From an uncultured Planctomycetaceae bacterium (GTDB lineage Bacteria > Planctomycetota > Phycisphaerae > SM23-33): a stretch of 64,000 nt of DNA. Shown here in pieces: positions 44,429-53,847 of the stretch; the first letter of the stretch is position 1, and every line of letters starts with the position of its first letter. The DNA is taken from the NCBI GenBank assembly GCA_964401385.1, contig CAYNYF010000009.1, positions 461-64,460 of the forward strand, in the 5' to 3' direction. A model generated the notes under the pieces. That model made no database searches, had not been told where the DNA came from, and saw only the letters and a program-made list of their open reading frames with translations. The position numbers and the translations under genes are program-made.

Positions 44429-45163
44429 GTGCGAGCCTTCAAGATGCCCGCGGTAAGAGCCAACTCCAGGAAGTCAGCGACGGGTTATCTGGAACGGACC
44501 CACCGCCCGCTCAACTGCCTCATCTTCATCCTGCCGCTGCTGACGGCGTATGAGGTCGGGTCGCTGTTCTACCGCGATCGCCTGCTCGCCCCCAGCCACC
44601 TGGCGTCCCTGCTGGAGCTGTTCGGGGCGACAGCGCACATTCTGCCGGCGCTGCTGGTGGTGACGGTGCTGCTGATCTGGCAGGGGCTCCGCCGTGAGGA
44701 GTGGCGCGCGGACGGCGACGCCCTGGCCGGCATGGTTGTCGAGAGCATGCTGGGAGTGCTGCCCCTGATCGGACTGGGCGCGGTGATGTACCGGCTGTTC
44801 GGCCCGGTGGCGCTGTCGGCCGGAACCGCCGCCGAGGCCGCGCTGGCGGCCAGGATCCTTTCCGGCATCGGGGCGGGCATCTACGAGGAGTTCCTCTTCC
44901 GCCTGGCGGCGATCGGGCTGATTCTGTTTATCGGCGTGGAGGTCCTGCACGGGCCCAAACGCCCCATGGTGGTGCTGGCCGTGGCCGCGGCGTCGGTGCT
45001 CTTTAGCTTGTATCACTTTCTCGGCCCGGATACGTTCAACTGGCAGCGGTTCGCGTTCCGCGCCATTGCCGGGGCGTATCTGGCCTTGCTGTACGTCGGC
45101 CGGGGCTTCGGCATCGCCGTCGGCGCCCACGCGTGCTACAACGTGATCGCCGAGTTGATGTAG
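44429..45163 (+). CDS. CPBP (CAAX) family intramembrane metalloprotease
   Basis: YEEFLFR, FSLYH, HACYN; multiple TM helices. Confidence 0.88.
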   Translation: MRAFKMPAVRANSRKSATGYLERTHRPLNCLIFILPLLTAYEVGSLFYRDRLLAPSHLASLLELFGATAHILPALLVVTVLLIWQGLRREEWRADGDALAGMVVESMLGVLPLIGLGAVMYRLFGPVALSAGTAAEAALAARILSGIGAGIYEEFLFRLAAIGLILFIGVEVLHGPKRPMVVLAVAAASVLFSLYHFLGPDTFNWQRFAFRAIAGAYLALLYVGRGFGIAVGAHACYNVIAELM

Positions 45164-45218
45164 CAGTGGCCTGCGAGGGCCCCGTCTGGACGGGCTGGCA
45201 AAGTAGGTGCACGCCGTG

Positions 45219-47030
45219 ATGGCAAGAGGCAAACTCTCCGGCAACGACGTCGAAGCCAAAGTGGCCGTCATGGCCGCGCTGCGCAAGGCCAAGGGCAGAC
45301 GGCCCATCCGGCAGTTCATCGCGGCCCTGCGCGACCCGGAGCTGCCGGTGGCCAAGACGGCCGCCATGGGCCTGTGCGATCGCAAGGCCATCGTCGCCCC
45401 GCTGCGGGAGCTGCTGGGCGATCCGGACCCGGCCATGCGCTGGCGGGCGTGCTCGCTGGCGTGGTTCTTCATGGTCAAGGACTTCGTGCCGGAGTTGATC
45501 GAGGTCCTGGCCGGGGACGGCGACGTGATGGTGCGGGCCGAGGCGGCGTGGGCGATGCGCTGCGCCGACAGCGACGCGGGCGCCCGCGCCCTGCTGAAGG
45601 CCACGAAGGACGCCGACCGCATGGTCGCTCATTACGCCGCCTGGACGCTCGGGCGGATCCTGAAGGTCAAGCACCCTCGCCTGCGGAGCTTGCGGGGCGC
45701 GAGGATTCCCCAACGGCCGCTGCTGCCGGAGCGCCGCGGCCGGAAAGTGCGCCCGGCGCCGCCCGCAATCGACGACGCCCGCGCGTTCGAGCAGCTTGCC
45801 TGCTGGGTGAGGCAGCCGGTCTATCGCGCCCCGCTTGCGGCGGCCGCGGCCAAGGTCGACGGCGATCGGGATCGCCGCTACGCCCGGGCCGCCGCCGCCT
45901 CTCTGGTGCACATCGACGGCTACCCGGAGCCGCCCCTGCGAAAGACCGACTTCCGCGTCGTCAGCTCGCCTCGCGGCCTGCACTTCCACGTCCGCTGTCA
46001 GTACCGCGGCAAGGCTGAGCTGGCGGCCAGGCACACTGCCTACGGCAGCCCCGTTCACGCCGACAACAGCATCGAGATCTTCCTCGACCCGAGCGGCACC
46101 GGCTCGGGGCGATATTTCCAGATCTGTCTGAACACGCGCAACGCCCGCTGCGACGTTCTGAGGGGCTTCCCGCCCGGGCATACCTGGCGCCCGGCCGGAG
46201 AGGGCGGCGAGGACCGCTGGCGCCCAAAGGGAATCCGCACGGCCGTGCGGGTTGGAAAGGGCTGCTGGAACGCCGAGCTGGCCGTGCCGTTTGCGGAGCT
46301 GGGGCTGTCCGCCGGCCGGATCAACAAGCTGTGGCGGATGAACGTCATCCGCAACGCCCACCTGCCGCAGCGAGGCGAGACCACCTCCTGGTGCGACCTG
46401 GGCGATTACGACGCCCACCGGCCGGAGAGGTTCGGCTACCTCTGGGTAGACGCCGGCAGCGTCGTCAACGCCGACGCAAGCATATTCCAGACGCTTCCGC
46501 TGCCGCTGAGGCCCGGCCTGAAAGGCTGGACCGTCCTTGGCGGCGACTGCCGCGTCCGCGACGGCGAGGCCGCCGCCCCTTCCGGCCGGGGGGTGCTCCG
46601 CTGGGACCGGCCGATCCCGTTCGAGGAGTTCGAGGTGGCCGCCCAGGCGCAGGTCCGCCACCAGATACGCTTCCTGTTCTCCCCGGACCGCCCCAACGCG
46701 GGCGTGGCCTTCATGGCCGCGTACATCAACCCGATCAACGAGATCAACATCGCCGGCATGCGGCGCTGGGAGCACTGGGCCCCGCCGTATCCGGGGCACC
46801 TGTCGATCTTCAAGGAAGTCTACCCCCGCCTGACGCACAGCCGCTGGTACGACGTGGCCGTGCGCGTGCGAAAGGACCGCCTCCAGTGCCTGCTGGACGG
46901 GGCCGTCCACATGGAACTGCCCAACCCCCGCCCGGAGGTCCGCTACTTCGGGCTGGCCCTTCTCGGCGGGGGCAAGGTCCGCAAGCTCCGCTTCCGCCCG
47001 CTGGGCCCGGGCGGCAAGGGGAGAACCTGA
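45219..47030 (+). CDS. HEAT-repeat protein with CBM9-like sugar-binding domain
   Basis: HEAT-like repeats (DPDPAMRWRA, DGDVMVRAEAAWA); DNSIEIFLDP, WNAELAVPFAELG, WRMNVIRN. Confidence 0.65.
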   Translation: MARGKLSGNDVEAKVAVMAALRKAKGRRPIRQFIAALRDPELPVAKTAAMGLCDRKAIVAPLRELLGDPDPAMRWRACSLAWFFMVKDFVPELIEVLAGDGDVMVRAEAAWAMRCADSDAGARALLKATKDADRMVAHYAAWTLGRILKVKHPRLRSLRGARIPQRPLLPERRGRKVRPAPPAIDDARAFEQLACWVRQPVYRAPLAAAAAKVDGDRDRRYARAAAASLVHIDGYPEPPLRKTDFRVVSSPRGLHFHVRCQYRGKAELAARHTAYGSPVHADNSIEIFLDPSGTGSGRYFQICLNTRNARCDVLRGFPPGHTWRPAGEGGEDRWRPKGIRTAVRVGKGCWNAELAVPFAELGLSAGRINKLWRMNVIRNAHLPQRGETTSWCDLGDYDAHRPERFGYLWVDAGSVVNADASIFQTLPLPLRPGLKGWTVLGGDCRVRDGEAAAPSGRGVLRWDRPIPFEEFEVAAQAQVRHQIRFLFSPDRPNAGVAFMAAYINPINEINIAGMRRWEHWAPPYPGHLSIFKEVYPRLTHSRWYDVAVRVRKDRLQCLLDGAVHMELPNPRPEVRYFGLALLGGGKVRKLRFRPLGPGGKGRT

Positions 47031-47133
47031 AATGAAACGGGCGCAGCAAGCATCACTCCCCGGGTAGCCTCCAGGCGGCCTGTCGGCGCCGGCCTCGACC
47101 GTTGCCGGGCGAAGCGGTGGGGGGGGTTTTCCT

Positions 47134-47163
47134 TTGACGCGGGTCAGCGTGCCAGCCTATAGT
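47134..47163 (+). promoter_or_regulatory. Sigma70-like promoter
   Basis: TTGACG-N18-TATAGT upstream of AAGGAG-ATG at 47211. Confidence 0.5.
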
Positions 47164-47210
47164 AACCAACGTGGACTACTGAGCCCCGATGCAAGCTGAC
47201 AAAGGAGAGA

Positions 47211-49091
47211 ATGATGGCCAGAAACCGCAATTGTCTCGGGATCGCGATCGCCGCTTCCTTGCTGCTGGCCGGTACGTTCGCCCCGGCCCAGGCGCCCGCG
47301 CCCGCCAAGCCCACCTCAACGGCGGCGGACGTTCTCAATCGCGTCCCCTCCGGCTGCATGGGCTTCTTGGTGGTCCGGAACGTCCAGGACCTGACCGGTA
47401 AGATCGACGGCTTCATCAAGCAGATCAGCCCCGAAGGCCGGCCGATGCTTCCCGGGAGCGTGCTCGACATGATCAAGAACGCGGCCGGGCTGGCGGAGGG
47501 ATTCGACGCCAACGGCAGCTTCGCCGTGGTCATGCTCGACCCGCAGCAGTACGGGCTGGACCTGGTCTCGGCGATCTCGGGGGCGACCACCAAGCCGGTC
47601 AAAGGCGAGAACGTGCCGGTGGTGTTCGTGATTCCGGGCACGGACCCGGCAAAGATGTTCCAGGCGCACCAGCCCGTCAAGGACGGGCAGGATTACAAGC
47701 TGGTCGGGCTGGGCGATCAGCCCGGCTGGGCGCGCCAAGTGGGCAAGCACGTGCTGCTCAGCCCCTGTCGCAAGGCCCTGGCCGCGGTGGCGACGACGCA
47801 GAAGTCCGTGGCGCCGGATCTCTCGGCCGCCGAGAAGGCCTCGATGGGGCGGAACCAGGTAATGGCGTGGGTGAATTTCAAGGTCGTCGCCCCGGTCCTG
47901 GACGCCGCCATCGCCCGGATGGAAAAAGAGACCGCCGAGATTCGCAAGGCCACGGAAGGGCAAGAGCCCGGCCCCGTCGTCCGCTCGGAGCCGTTCATGA
48001 TGCTCAACATGACGAACGCCCTGTCGCAGTATCGCATGCTGGTCAAGCAGATTAACAGCGCCTCGCTGGGGCTGCGATTCGTCGAGACCGGGATCTTCAT
48101 CGAGGCCCGCGGCTCCATGCGGCCGGACAGCCCGATGGGCCAAGCCCTGGCCGCGTACAAGCACGTCGCCTCGCCGCTGCTGAACAGGCTGCCCAACATG
48201 CCCTATATATTGGCGGTCGGGGCAAGGAACGCCGGCAAGCTGCCGCCGGCGGAGCAGGCCAAGCAGATCGACAAGATGCTGACGGGCGAGCCGTTCCGAA
48301 GCCTGTCGGATGAGTCCAAGGCGAAGCTGCGCAAGATGGCCCTCGCCGGCGACGAGCAGGTCGAGTGCATGCAGTTGTTCGCCGGCGCCAACACCGCCGG
48401 CGGCGGGCGGCTGGGCGTCGCCTGCGTGCTGGAGTGCAAATCGGCGGACAAGGTCAGGGAAATGCTCGCCGACGTCGCCGACGTGGTGGCCGATGTGATG
48501 AAGGTACACCCGATCACGGAGTTGAGGCAGCTCTCCGTCAAGTATCAGAGGGGCCTGGACTCCATGGGCGCGATGCAGCTCGACGTCATCAGCATCGAGC
48601 ATCCGGAACTGGAGGCGTTGCCGGAGGATGAGGCCGCCGCCCTGAAGGTCGTGCTGGGCGAGCCGAAGATCCGTCTGTACGTCGCCCAGCCCAATCCCAA
48701 GACGCTGGTGATCACGCTTGGCGGGCAGAAGCAATTCCTCGCCAGCGCGATTCAGGCCTCCGCCGGCACGGGCAAGCTGGAGCAGGATCCGGCCGTCGCC
48801 AAGGTGCTGGCGATGATGCCCAAAGAGCGGGTCGGTGTGGCGGTTTTCAGCCTGCGGAACATGATGAGCCTGGTGATGGACATCGTCAAGGACGTTGGCG
48901 CCGCTACCGGGAATGAGCCGCCGCCGATCGACATGAAGATCGAGTCGGCCACGCCCTTTGCCGGCGTGATGAGCATCGAGAAGACGGACTTGTCCCTGAC
49001 CGGATACGTGCCGACGGCGCCGATACGGGAGCTGGTCCGGGCCATCATGAGCGCCATGATGCCGGCTATGCCACCGCCGGACGATTTCTAG
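47211..49091 (+). CDS. Exported hypothetical protein
   Basis: Signal peptide, AAGGAG RBS, 626 aa. Confidence 0.8.
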   Translation: MMARNRNCLGIAIAASLLLAGTFAPAQAPAPAKPTSTAADVLNRVPSGCMGFLVVRNVQDLTGKIDGFIKQISPEGRPMLPGSVLDMIKNAAGLAEGFDANGSFAVVMLDPQQYGLDLVSAISGATTKPVKGENVPVVFVIPGTDPAKMFQAHQPVKDGQDYKLVGLGDQPGWARQVGKHVLLSPCRKALAAVATTQKSVAPDLSAAEKASMGRNQVMAWVNFKVVAPVLDAAIARMEKETAEIRKATEGQEPGPVVRSEPFMMLNMTNALSQYRMLVKQINSASLGLRFVETGIFIEARGSMRPDSPMGQALAAYKHVASPLLNRLPNMPYILAVGARNAGKLPPAEQAKQIDKMLTGEPFRSLSDESKAKLRKMALAGDEQVECMQLFAGANTAGGGRLGVACVLECKSADKVREMLADVADVVADVMKVHPITELRQLSVKYQRGLDSMGAMQLDVISIEHPELEALPEDEAAALKVVLGEPKIRLYVAQPNPKTLVITLGGQKQFLASAIQASAGTGKLEQDPAVAKVLAMMPKERVGVAVFSLRNMMSLVMDIVKDVGAATGNEPPPIDMKIESATPFAGVMSIEKTDLSLTGYVPTAPIRELVRAIMSAMMPAMPPPDDF

Positions 49092-49281
49092 CGGCCCGGG
49101 CGTCGTGCCGGGCGCGTGAGCGGAGGCGGCAGCGGGCCGCACAGTTAGCATGGACACATTGGAATCCAAGCATTCGAGGGCCCGGCCGTAAAAGTCGGGC
49201 CCTCGGTCGCGGTTCCGGCGGCGTAGTGGAGTGCGGCGAGGCCGGCGGCGGGAAGCGGCTTCGGCCGGCCGGAGCGAGAAC

Positions 49282-51354
49282 ATGTCGGGCACGTTGACGG
49301 AAAAGATCCTCGCGGCGCATCTGGCCGCCGGCGAGTTCACGGCCGGTGAGGAAATCGGAATCCGCATCGACCAGACCCTCACGCAGGACGCCACCGGAAC
49401 GACGGCGTTTCTGCTGTTGGAGGCGATGGGCCTGGAGCGGGTGCGGACCGAGCTTTCCGTCAGCTATGCCGATCACAACATGGTTCAGTTGGGGCCGGAG
49501 AACTTCAACGATCACGTGTACCTGCGATCCATCGCCGCCAGGGTCGGGGCGCATTTCAGTCGCCCCGGCAACGGCATCTGCCACCAGGTTCACCTGGAGC
49601 GGTTCGCCGCCCCCGGTAAGACGCTGCTGGGCAGCGACTCGCACACTCCCACGGCCGGCGGGGTCGCGTCCCTGGCGGTGGGGGCCGGCGGGCTTGACGT
49701 GGCCGTGGCGATGGGCGGCGGGCTCTTCTACATGAGCTGCCCGGCCGTGCTCGCCGTCGAGCTGAAAGGCCGCCTGCCGCAGTGGGTCGCGCCGAAGGAC
49801 GTCATCCTGAAGCTGCTGAGCATCCTCACCACCCGCGGCAACGTCGGCGCGGTGGTGGAGTACTTGGGCGAGGGTGTCGGCACCATTCCGGTTCCCGGGC
49901 GGGCCACCATCACCAACATGGGCGCCGAGCTGGGAGTGACCACCAGCATCTTCCCCGCCGATGAGATGACCCGGGCGTTCCTCGCCGCCCAGGGGCGGCC
50001 CGAGCAGTTCACGCCCCTGGCGGCGGACGCCGACGCCGCCTACGCCCGCATCAGGAAGCGCGTCCACCCCCAGCGGGAGGCGGCGGTGCTGGAGAACATC
50101 CGGCGGCACTGCCCGGACGCCGAACTCGGCCGGGCCGACGCCGAGGGGCTGGTGGCGGTGAGTTTCTCCCGCGTCGTGATCGACCTCTCCGAGCTGGAGC
50201 CCCTGGCGGCCGCGCCGGGCTCGCCCGAAAACATCGTGCCCCTGAAGGACCTGTCCGGCAGGAAGGTCGACCAGGTGGTGATCGGCTCCTGCACGAACTC
50301 CAGCTACCGCGACCTGATGCTGTGCGCGGCCGTGCTGAAAGGCCGGAAGCTTCCCGCCGGGGTGGAGCTGGGCATCGCCCCCGGCAGCCGCCAGGTGCTG
50401 GCGATGCTGGCGGGCAACGGGGCCCTGGCCGATCTGGTGGCGGCCGGGGCGCGGATCCTGGAGTGCGCCTGCGGGCCGTGCATCGGGCAGGGCTTCTCAC
50501 CCGGCCACGGGCGGGTGTCGGTGCGGACGTTCAACCGCAATTTCAGCGGGCGCTCGGGCACGGCCGGCGACCAGGTGTACCTGGTTTCCCCGGAGACGGC
50601 CGTCGCGGCGGCGATCGCCGGCGAGTTCGTCGACCCGCGGCGGCTCGGCGTCGACTATCCCCAGATCCCCGAGGCCGACCGGTTCCCCGCTGATGACAGC
50701 ATGATCGTCACCCCGCCGCCCGAGGGGGCCGGCGTCGAGGTGATCCGTCCGCCGACGATCGTCAAGCCGCCGGCGGGGACACCGCCGCCGGAGGCCATCG
50801 GCTGTGAGGTCCTGATCAAGGTGGGCGACAAGGTCACCACGGATGAGATCATGCCCGCCGGCGCGCTGCTCAAGCTGCGGTCCAACGTGCCGGAGTACGC
50901 CAAGCACGTCTTCGGCCCGCTGAACAAGCCGGGCGAGCCGACCTTCGCCGAGCGGGCGCTGGCGGCCGGGGACGCCGGCCGGGCCGGCGCCATCGTCGCC
51001 GGCGATTCCTACGGGCAGGGCTCTTCCCGCGAGCACGCCGCCTTGTGCCCGATGGCCCTGGGCGTGCGCGTGGTCATCGCCAAGGCCATCGAGCGGATCC
51101 ACCAGGTCAACCTGGTCAACTTCGCCATCCTGCCGCTGACGTTCCTCGACCCGGCCGACTACGGGCGGATCCAGCCGGGCGACGAGCTTCGCCTCGCCGG
51201 CGTCTCGGCGGCGGTGGCGTCGGCCGAGGAAATCAAAATCAGCAACGTCACCAAGGGCGTTGACCTGTCGTGCCGCATACAGTTGAGCGCGCGACAACGA
51301 AAAATCCTCGCCGCCGGGGGGCTGCTGAATTACACCCGCCGCGGCGGCCAATAG
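49282..51354 (+). CDS. Aconitate hydratase
   Basis: QDATG, DHN, GICHQV, DSHT, IGSCTN, CGPCIG, NRNF, GSSREHAA. Confidence 0.92.
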   Translation: MSGTLTEKILAAHLAAGEFTAGEEIGIRIDQTLTQDATGTTAFLLLEAMGLERVRTELSVSYADHNMVQLGPENFNDHVYLRSIAARVGAHFSRPGNGICHQVHLERFAAPGKTLLGSDSHTPTAGGVASLAVGAGGLDVAVAMGGGLFYMSCPAVLAVELKGRLPQWVAPKDVILKLLSILTTRGNVGAVVEYLGEGVGTIPVPGRATITNMGAELGVTTSIFPADEMTRAFLAAQGRPEQFTPLAADADAAYARIRKRVHPQREAAVLENIRRHCPDAELGRADAEGLVAVSFSRVVIDLSELEPLAAAPGSPENIVPLKDLSGRKVDQVVIGSCTNSSYRDLMLCAAVLKGRKLPAGVELGIAPGSRQVLAMLAGNGALADLVAAGARILECACGPCIGQGFSPGHGRVSVRTFNRNFSGRSGTAGDQVYLVSPETAVAAAIAGEFVDPRRLGVDYPQIPEADRFPADDSMIVTPPPEGAGVEVIRPPTIVKPPAGTPPPEAIGCEVLIKVGDKVTTDEIMPAGALLKLRSNVPEYAKHVFGPLNKPGEPTFAERALAAGDAGRAGAIVAGDSYGQGSSREHAALCPMALGVRVVIAKAIERIHQVNLVNFAILPLTFLDPADYGRIQPGDELRLAGVSAAVASAEEIKISNVTKGVDLSCRIQLSARQRKILAAGGLLNYTRRGGQ

Positions 51355-51366
51355 GGGAACCAGGCG

Positions 51367-52218
51367 ATGAAGGCCAGGCATGCAGGATCGGCCGGGACGT
51401 TGGCGGCCGGGCGAATTGTGGCGGTGCTGTTGCCGGCGTGCTGTGTGCTGCTGCTCGCCGCGGCCGGCTGCGCGTTCCAGAAGCCGACGGTCAAGCTGCA
51501 CGACATCGAAGTCGCCGGGCTGGACTTCCAGAAGCTCGACCTCGCCTTCGATTTCGCGATCACCAACCCCAACCCGTATCAGATCAGCATCTGGGGCTTC
51601 GACTACAGCCTGTCCGGCGCGGGCGAGAAGTTCGCCGAGGGGGCCCTGACGCAGCCCATCGCCTCCCTCGCCGCCAAGCAGACCACCCACCTCCGCGTGC
51701 CGGTGTCGCTGTTGTATCGCCGCCTGCTGCCGCTGGTGAAGAAGATCGGCAGCCGGGAGGCGGTTCCGTATGAAATGGCGGGCAAGGTCACGTTCAATTA
51801 CCTCGGGTTGAAGATCCCCGTGCCGGCGCGGCACGCCGGCGAAATTCCGCCGCTGCGGGCCCCCTCCTGGCACTTCCGCGACGTCCGGCTTGCCCAGGGG
51901 ACGCCAACGGTGCTCGAGGTGGTCTTCGAGGTGGATAATCCCAACCGCTTCGAGCTGCCGCTGCGCCGGCTGACCGGGGCGCTGAAGTCCGGCGATCAGG
52001 CGCTGGTCTCGGTGGACAGGCTGAGCCTTACGGCGATCGCGGCCGGGAAAAGCGCCAGCCTCACAATTCCGGTGAGCATCGACGGCCTGGCCGCGGCCAA
52101 GGCGGTCGCCAAGGCGCTGACCCGGCGTGAGTCGTTGTATTTCGAGGGCGAGATCAGCCTGGGCGCGCCGGTCGGCCTGCGCCGGATGCTGCTGGGAAAA
52201 GACGCCGCCGATGAGTGA
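51367..52218 (+). CDS. Lipoprotein with two LEA_2/WHy domains
   Basis: AAGC lipobox; ITNPNPY and VDNPNRF motifs. Confidence 0.8.
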   Translation: MKARHAGSAGTLAAGRIVAVLLPACCVLLLAAAGCAFQKPTVKLHDIEVAGLDFQKLDLAFDFAITNPNPYQISIWGFDYSLSGAGEKFAEGALTQPIASLAAKQTTHLRVPVSLLYRRLLPLVKKIGSREAVPYEMAGKVTFNYLGLKIPVPARHAGEIPPLRAPSWHFRDVRLAQGTPTVLEVVFEVDNPNRFELPLRRLTGALKSGDQALVSVDRLSLTAIAAGKSASLTIPVSIDGLAAAKAVAKALTRRESLYFEGEISLGAPVGLRRMLLGKDAADE

Positions 52219-52744
52219 CCGGCGCGTCATTTCTGTCTTCGGCTCCGGCGATGCCCGCCCGGAAAGTCCGGAATACGCCGCCGCCGAGCGCGCCGGGCAG
52301 GTCCTGGGCTCTCTGGGCTACGCCGTTGCCAACGGCGGCTACGGCGGGGTGATGGAGGCGGCCTCGCGCGGGGCCCGGTTGGCGGGGGCGACCGTCATCG
52401 GCGTCACCTGCCGCATCTGGCCCGGCCGGGCGAACGCCTTCGTCGATCGGGTCATCGAAACCGCCGACCTGTACGAGCGGCTGCGAACGCTCATCGACCT
52501 GGGAACCGCCGGCTACGTGGCGCTGCCGGGGGCGACCGGCACGCTGCTGGAGCTTGCCGCCGTGTGGGAGCTGGCCGGCAAGGGTATCACGGCGGCCCGG
52601 CCCGTCGTGTGCGTGGGCGAATACTGGCGCCCGCTGGTGGCGCTGATCGGGCAACGCAAGCCCCCCGCGGCGTCGCGAATCTCATTCGTCGACTCGCCGG
52701 AAGAGCTGAGGCGGCACTTCCAGCCGGTTCGACTTGAAGGTTGA
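52211..52744 (+). CDS. LOG/lysine-decarboxylase-like family protein
   Basis: ISVFGSG, NGGYGGVMEA, PGATGTLLE. Confidence 0.85.
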   Translation: MSDRRVISVFGSGDARPESPEYAAAERAGQVLGSLGYAVANGGYGGVMEAASRGARLAGATVIGVTCRIWPGRANAFVDRVIETADLYERLRTLIDLGTAGYVALPGATGTLLELAAVWELAGKGITAARPVVCVGEYWRPLVALIGQRKPPAASRISFVDSPEELRRHFQPVRLEG

Positions 52745-52786
52745 CGTGGCCGCGGCGTACAATCCATATACTTGGCGAGCCCTGCG

Positions 52787-53776
52787 ATGAAAACTTCGGA
52801 CCGAACATTCTGCCTGCTCGCGGCGTGCGCCCTGTCCTTTTCGGGATTGGCCGCGGCCGCCTGGGCGGCGGACCCTCCCGCGGCCGCGACTGAGGCATCA
52901 CCGGAGCGGCCGGAGCAGGAAAGCCGTCTGCTGGACGATGCCGCCCTGGACGAACCGTCCGTGCCCGTCACTCCGCCTGTTGTCTTGAAAGTGAGAGCCG
53001 GCAGGAAGCCCCTGCCCGCCCTGGCCGAAGGCGCGCCCATCCTGGACCGGGTCACGGGCGTGGAGAAGGACCCCACCGGGCGATGGTGGACCATCCGGGA
53101 TTCCCACGTCGGCCGGCTGCACCTTCTTCCCGGCGAGTGGCTGGAGGCCGTCGAGACCGAGCACGCCCGCACGCCGGGAGCGGTCTTTCGCCTCTCCGGG
53201 GAGGCCTATCGCTATCGCGGCAGCTACTACCTGATGCTGCGCAAGGCGCTGCTGGTGACCCCGCCGGCGACGGAGGGCGCCTTTCCCGAGGCGGGCGCCA
53301 CCCGCCCCGCCGCCGAAGACCGCCCGCCGCCGACCCCGCCCGCGGCCACCCGGCCCGCCGACACGCCGGCGACGGCCGACGACGTCGCCCGCGAGCTGAT
53401 GCGCGAGCGGCCCAGCAAGCCCATCGTCCCGGCCGGCGGTTCGGGCACCGGCGCGGTCGCCGCGGCCTCCCTGCCGCCCGCGGGCGAGTCGATCCGGCCC
53501 GGGCCGGGGCGGATGGTCGTCAGCCGCCTGGTGCGGCTGGTCCGCCCCGACCGATCGCACTGGTTCAAACTCGCCTTCGAGGCCGACAACACCCTCCGGG
53601 AGCCGCCCCTGCGAGCGCTGCCGAATCAGCAACTGGAAAAATTCGAAAACCTCTCCGGCGGTGCGACGGTTCCCGGGCTGCGCTGCTACGTTTCCGGCGA
53701 GGTCCACAGCTACCGCGGGCGGAACTATATCTTGTTGCGAACGGTCCGCCGCAAACGTGAAATGGGGCAGTTCTGA
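52787..53776 (+). CDS. Exported hypothetical protein with two repeated domains
   Basis: Signal peptide; LLP...SGEAYRYRGSYYL and ALP...SGEVHSYRGRNYI repeats. Confidence 0.7.
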   Translation: MKTSDRTFCLLAACALSFSGLAAAAWAADPPAAATEASPERPEQESRLLDDAALDEPSVPVTPPVVLKVRAGRKPLPALAEGAPILDRVTGVEKDPTGRWWTIRDSHVGRLHLLPGEWLEAVETEHARTPGAVFRLSGEAYRYRGSYYLMLRKALLVTPPATEGAFPEAGATRPAAEDRPPPTPPAATRPADTPATADDVARELMRERPSKPIVPAGGSGTGAVAAASLPPAGESIRPGPGRMVVSRLVRLVRPDRSHWFKLAFEADNTLREPPLRALPNQQLEKFENLSGGATVPGLRCYVSGEVHSYRGRNYILLRTVRRKREMGQF

Positions 53777-53847
53777 ATTGTCGAGTGACGATTCTCCCTC
53801 GCCGAGGTAGGCCGCGCCGCCGGTTGTGATCGCCCGAGGCAAAGGAC

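Noticed and set aside
52734-52772. Promoter upstream of 52787
   Set aside because: TTGAAG-N18-TACAAT is plausible, but alternative -35/-10 pairings have wrong spacing; too ambiguous to call.
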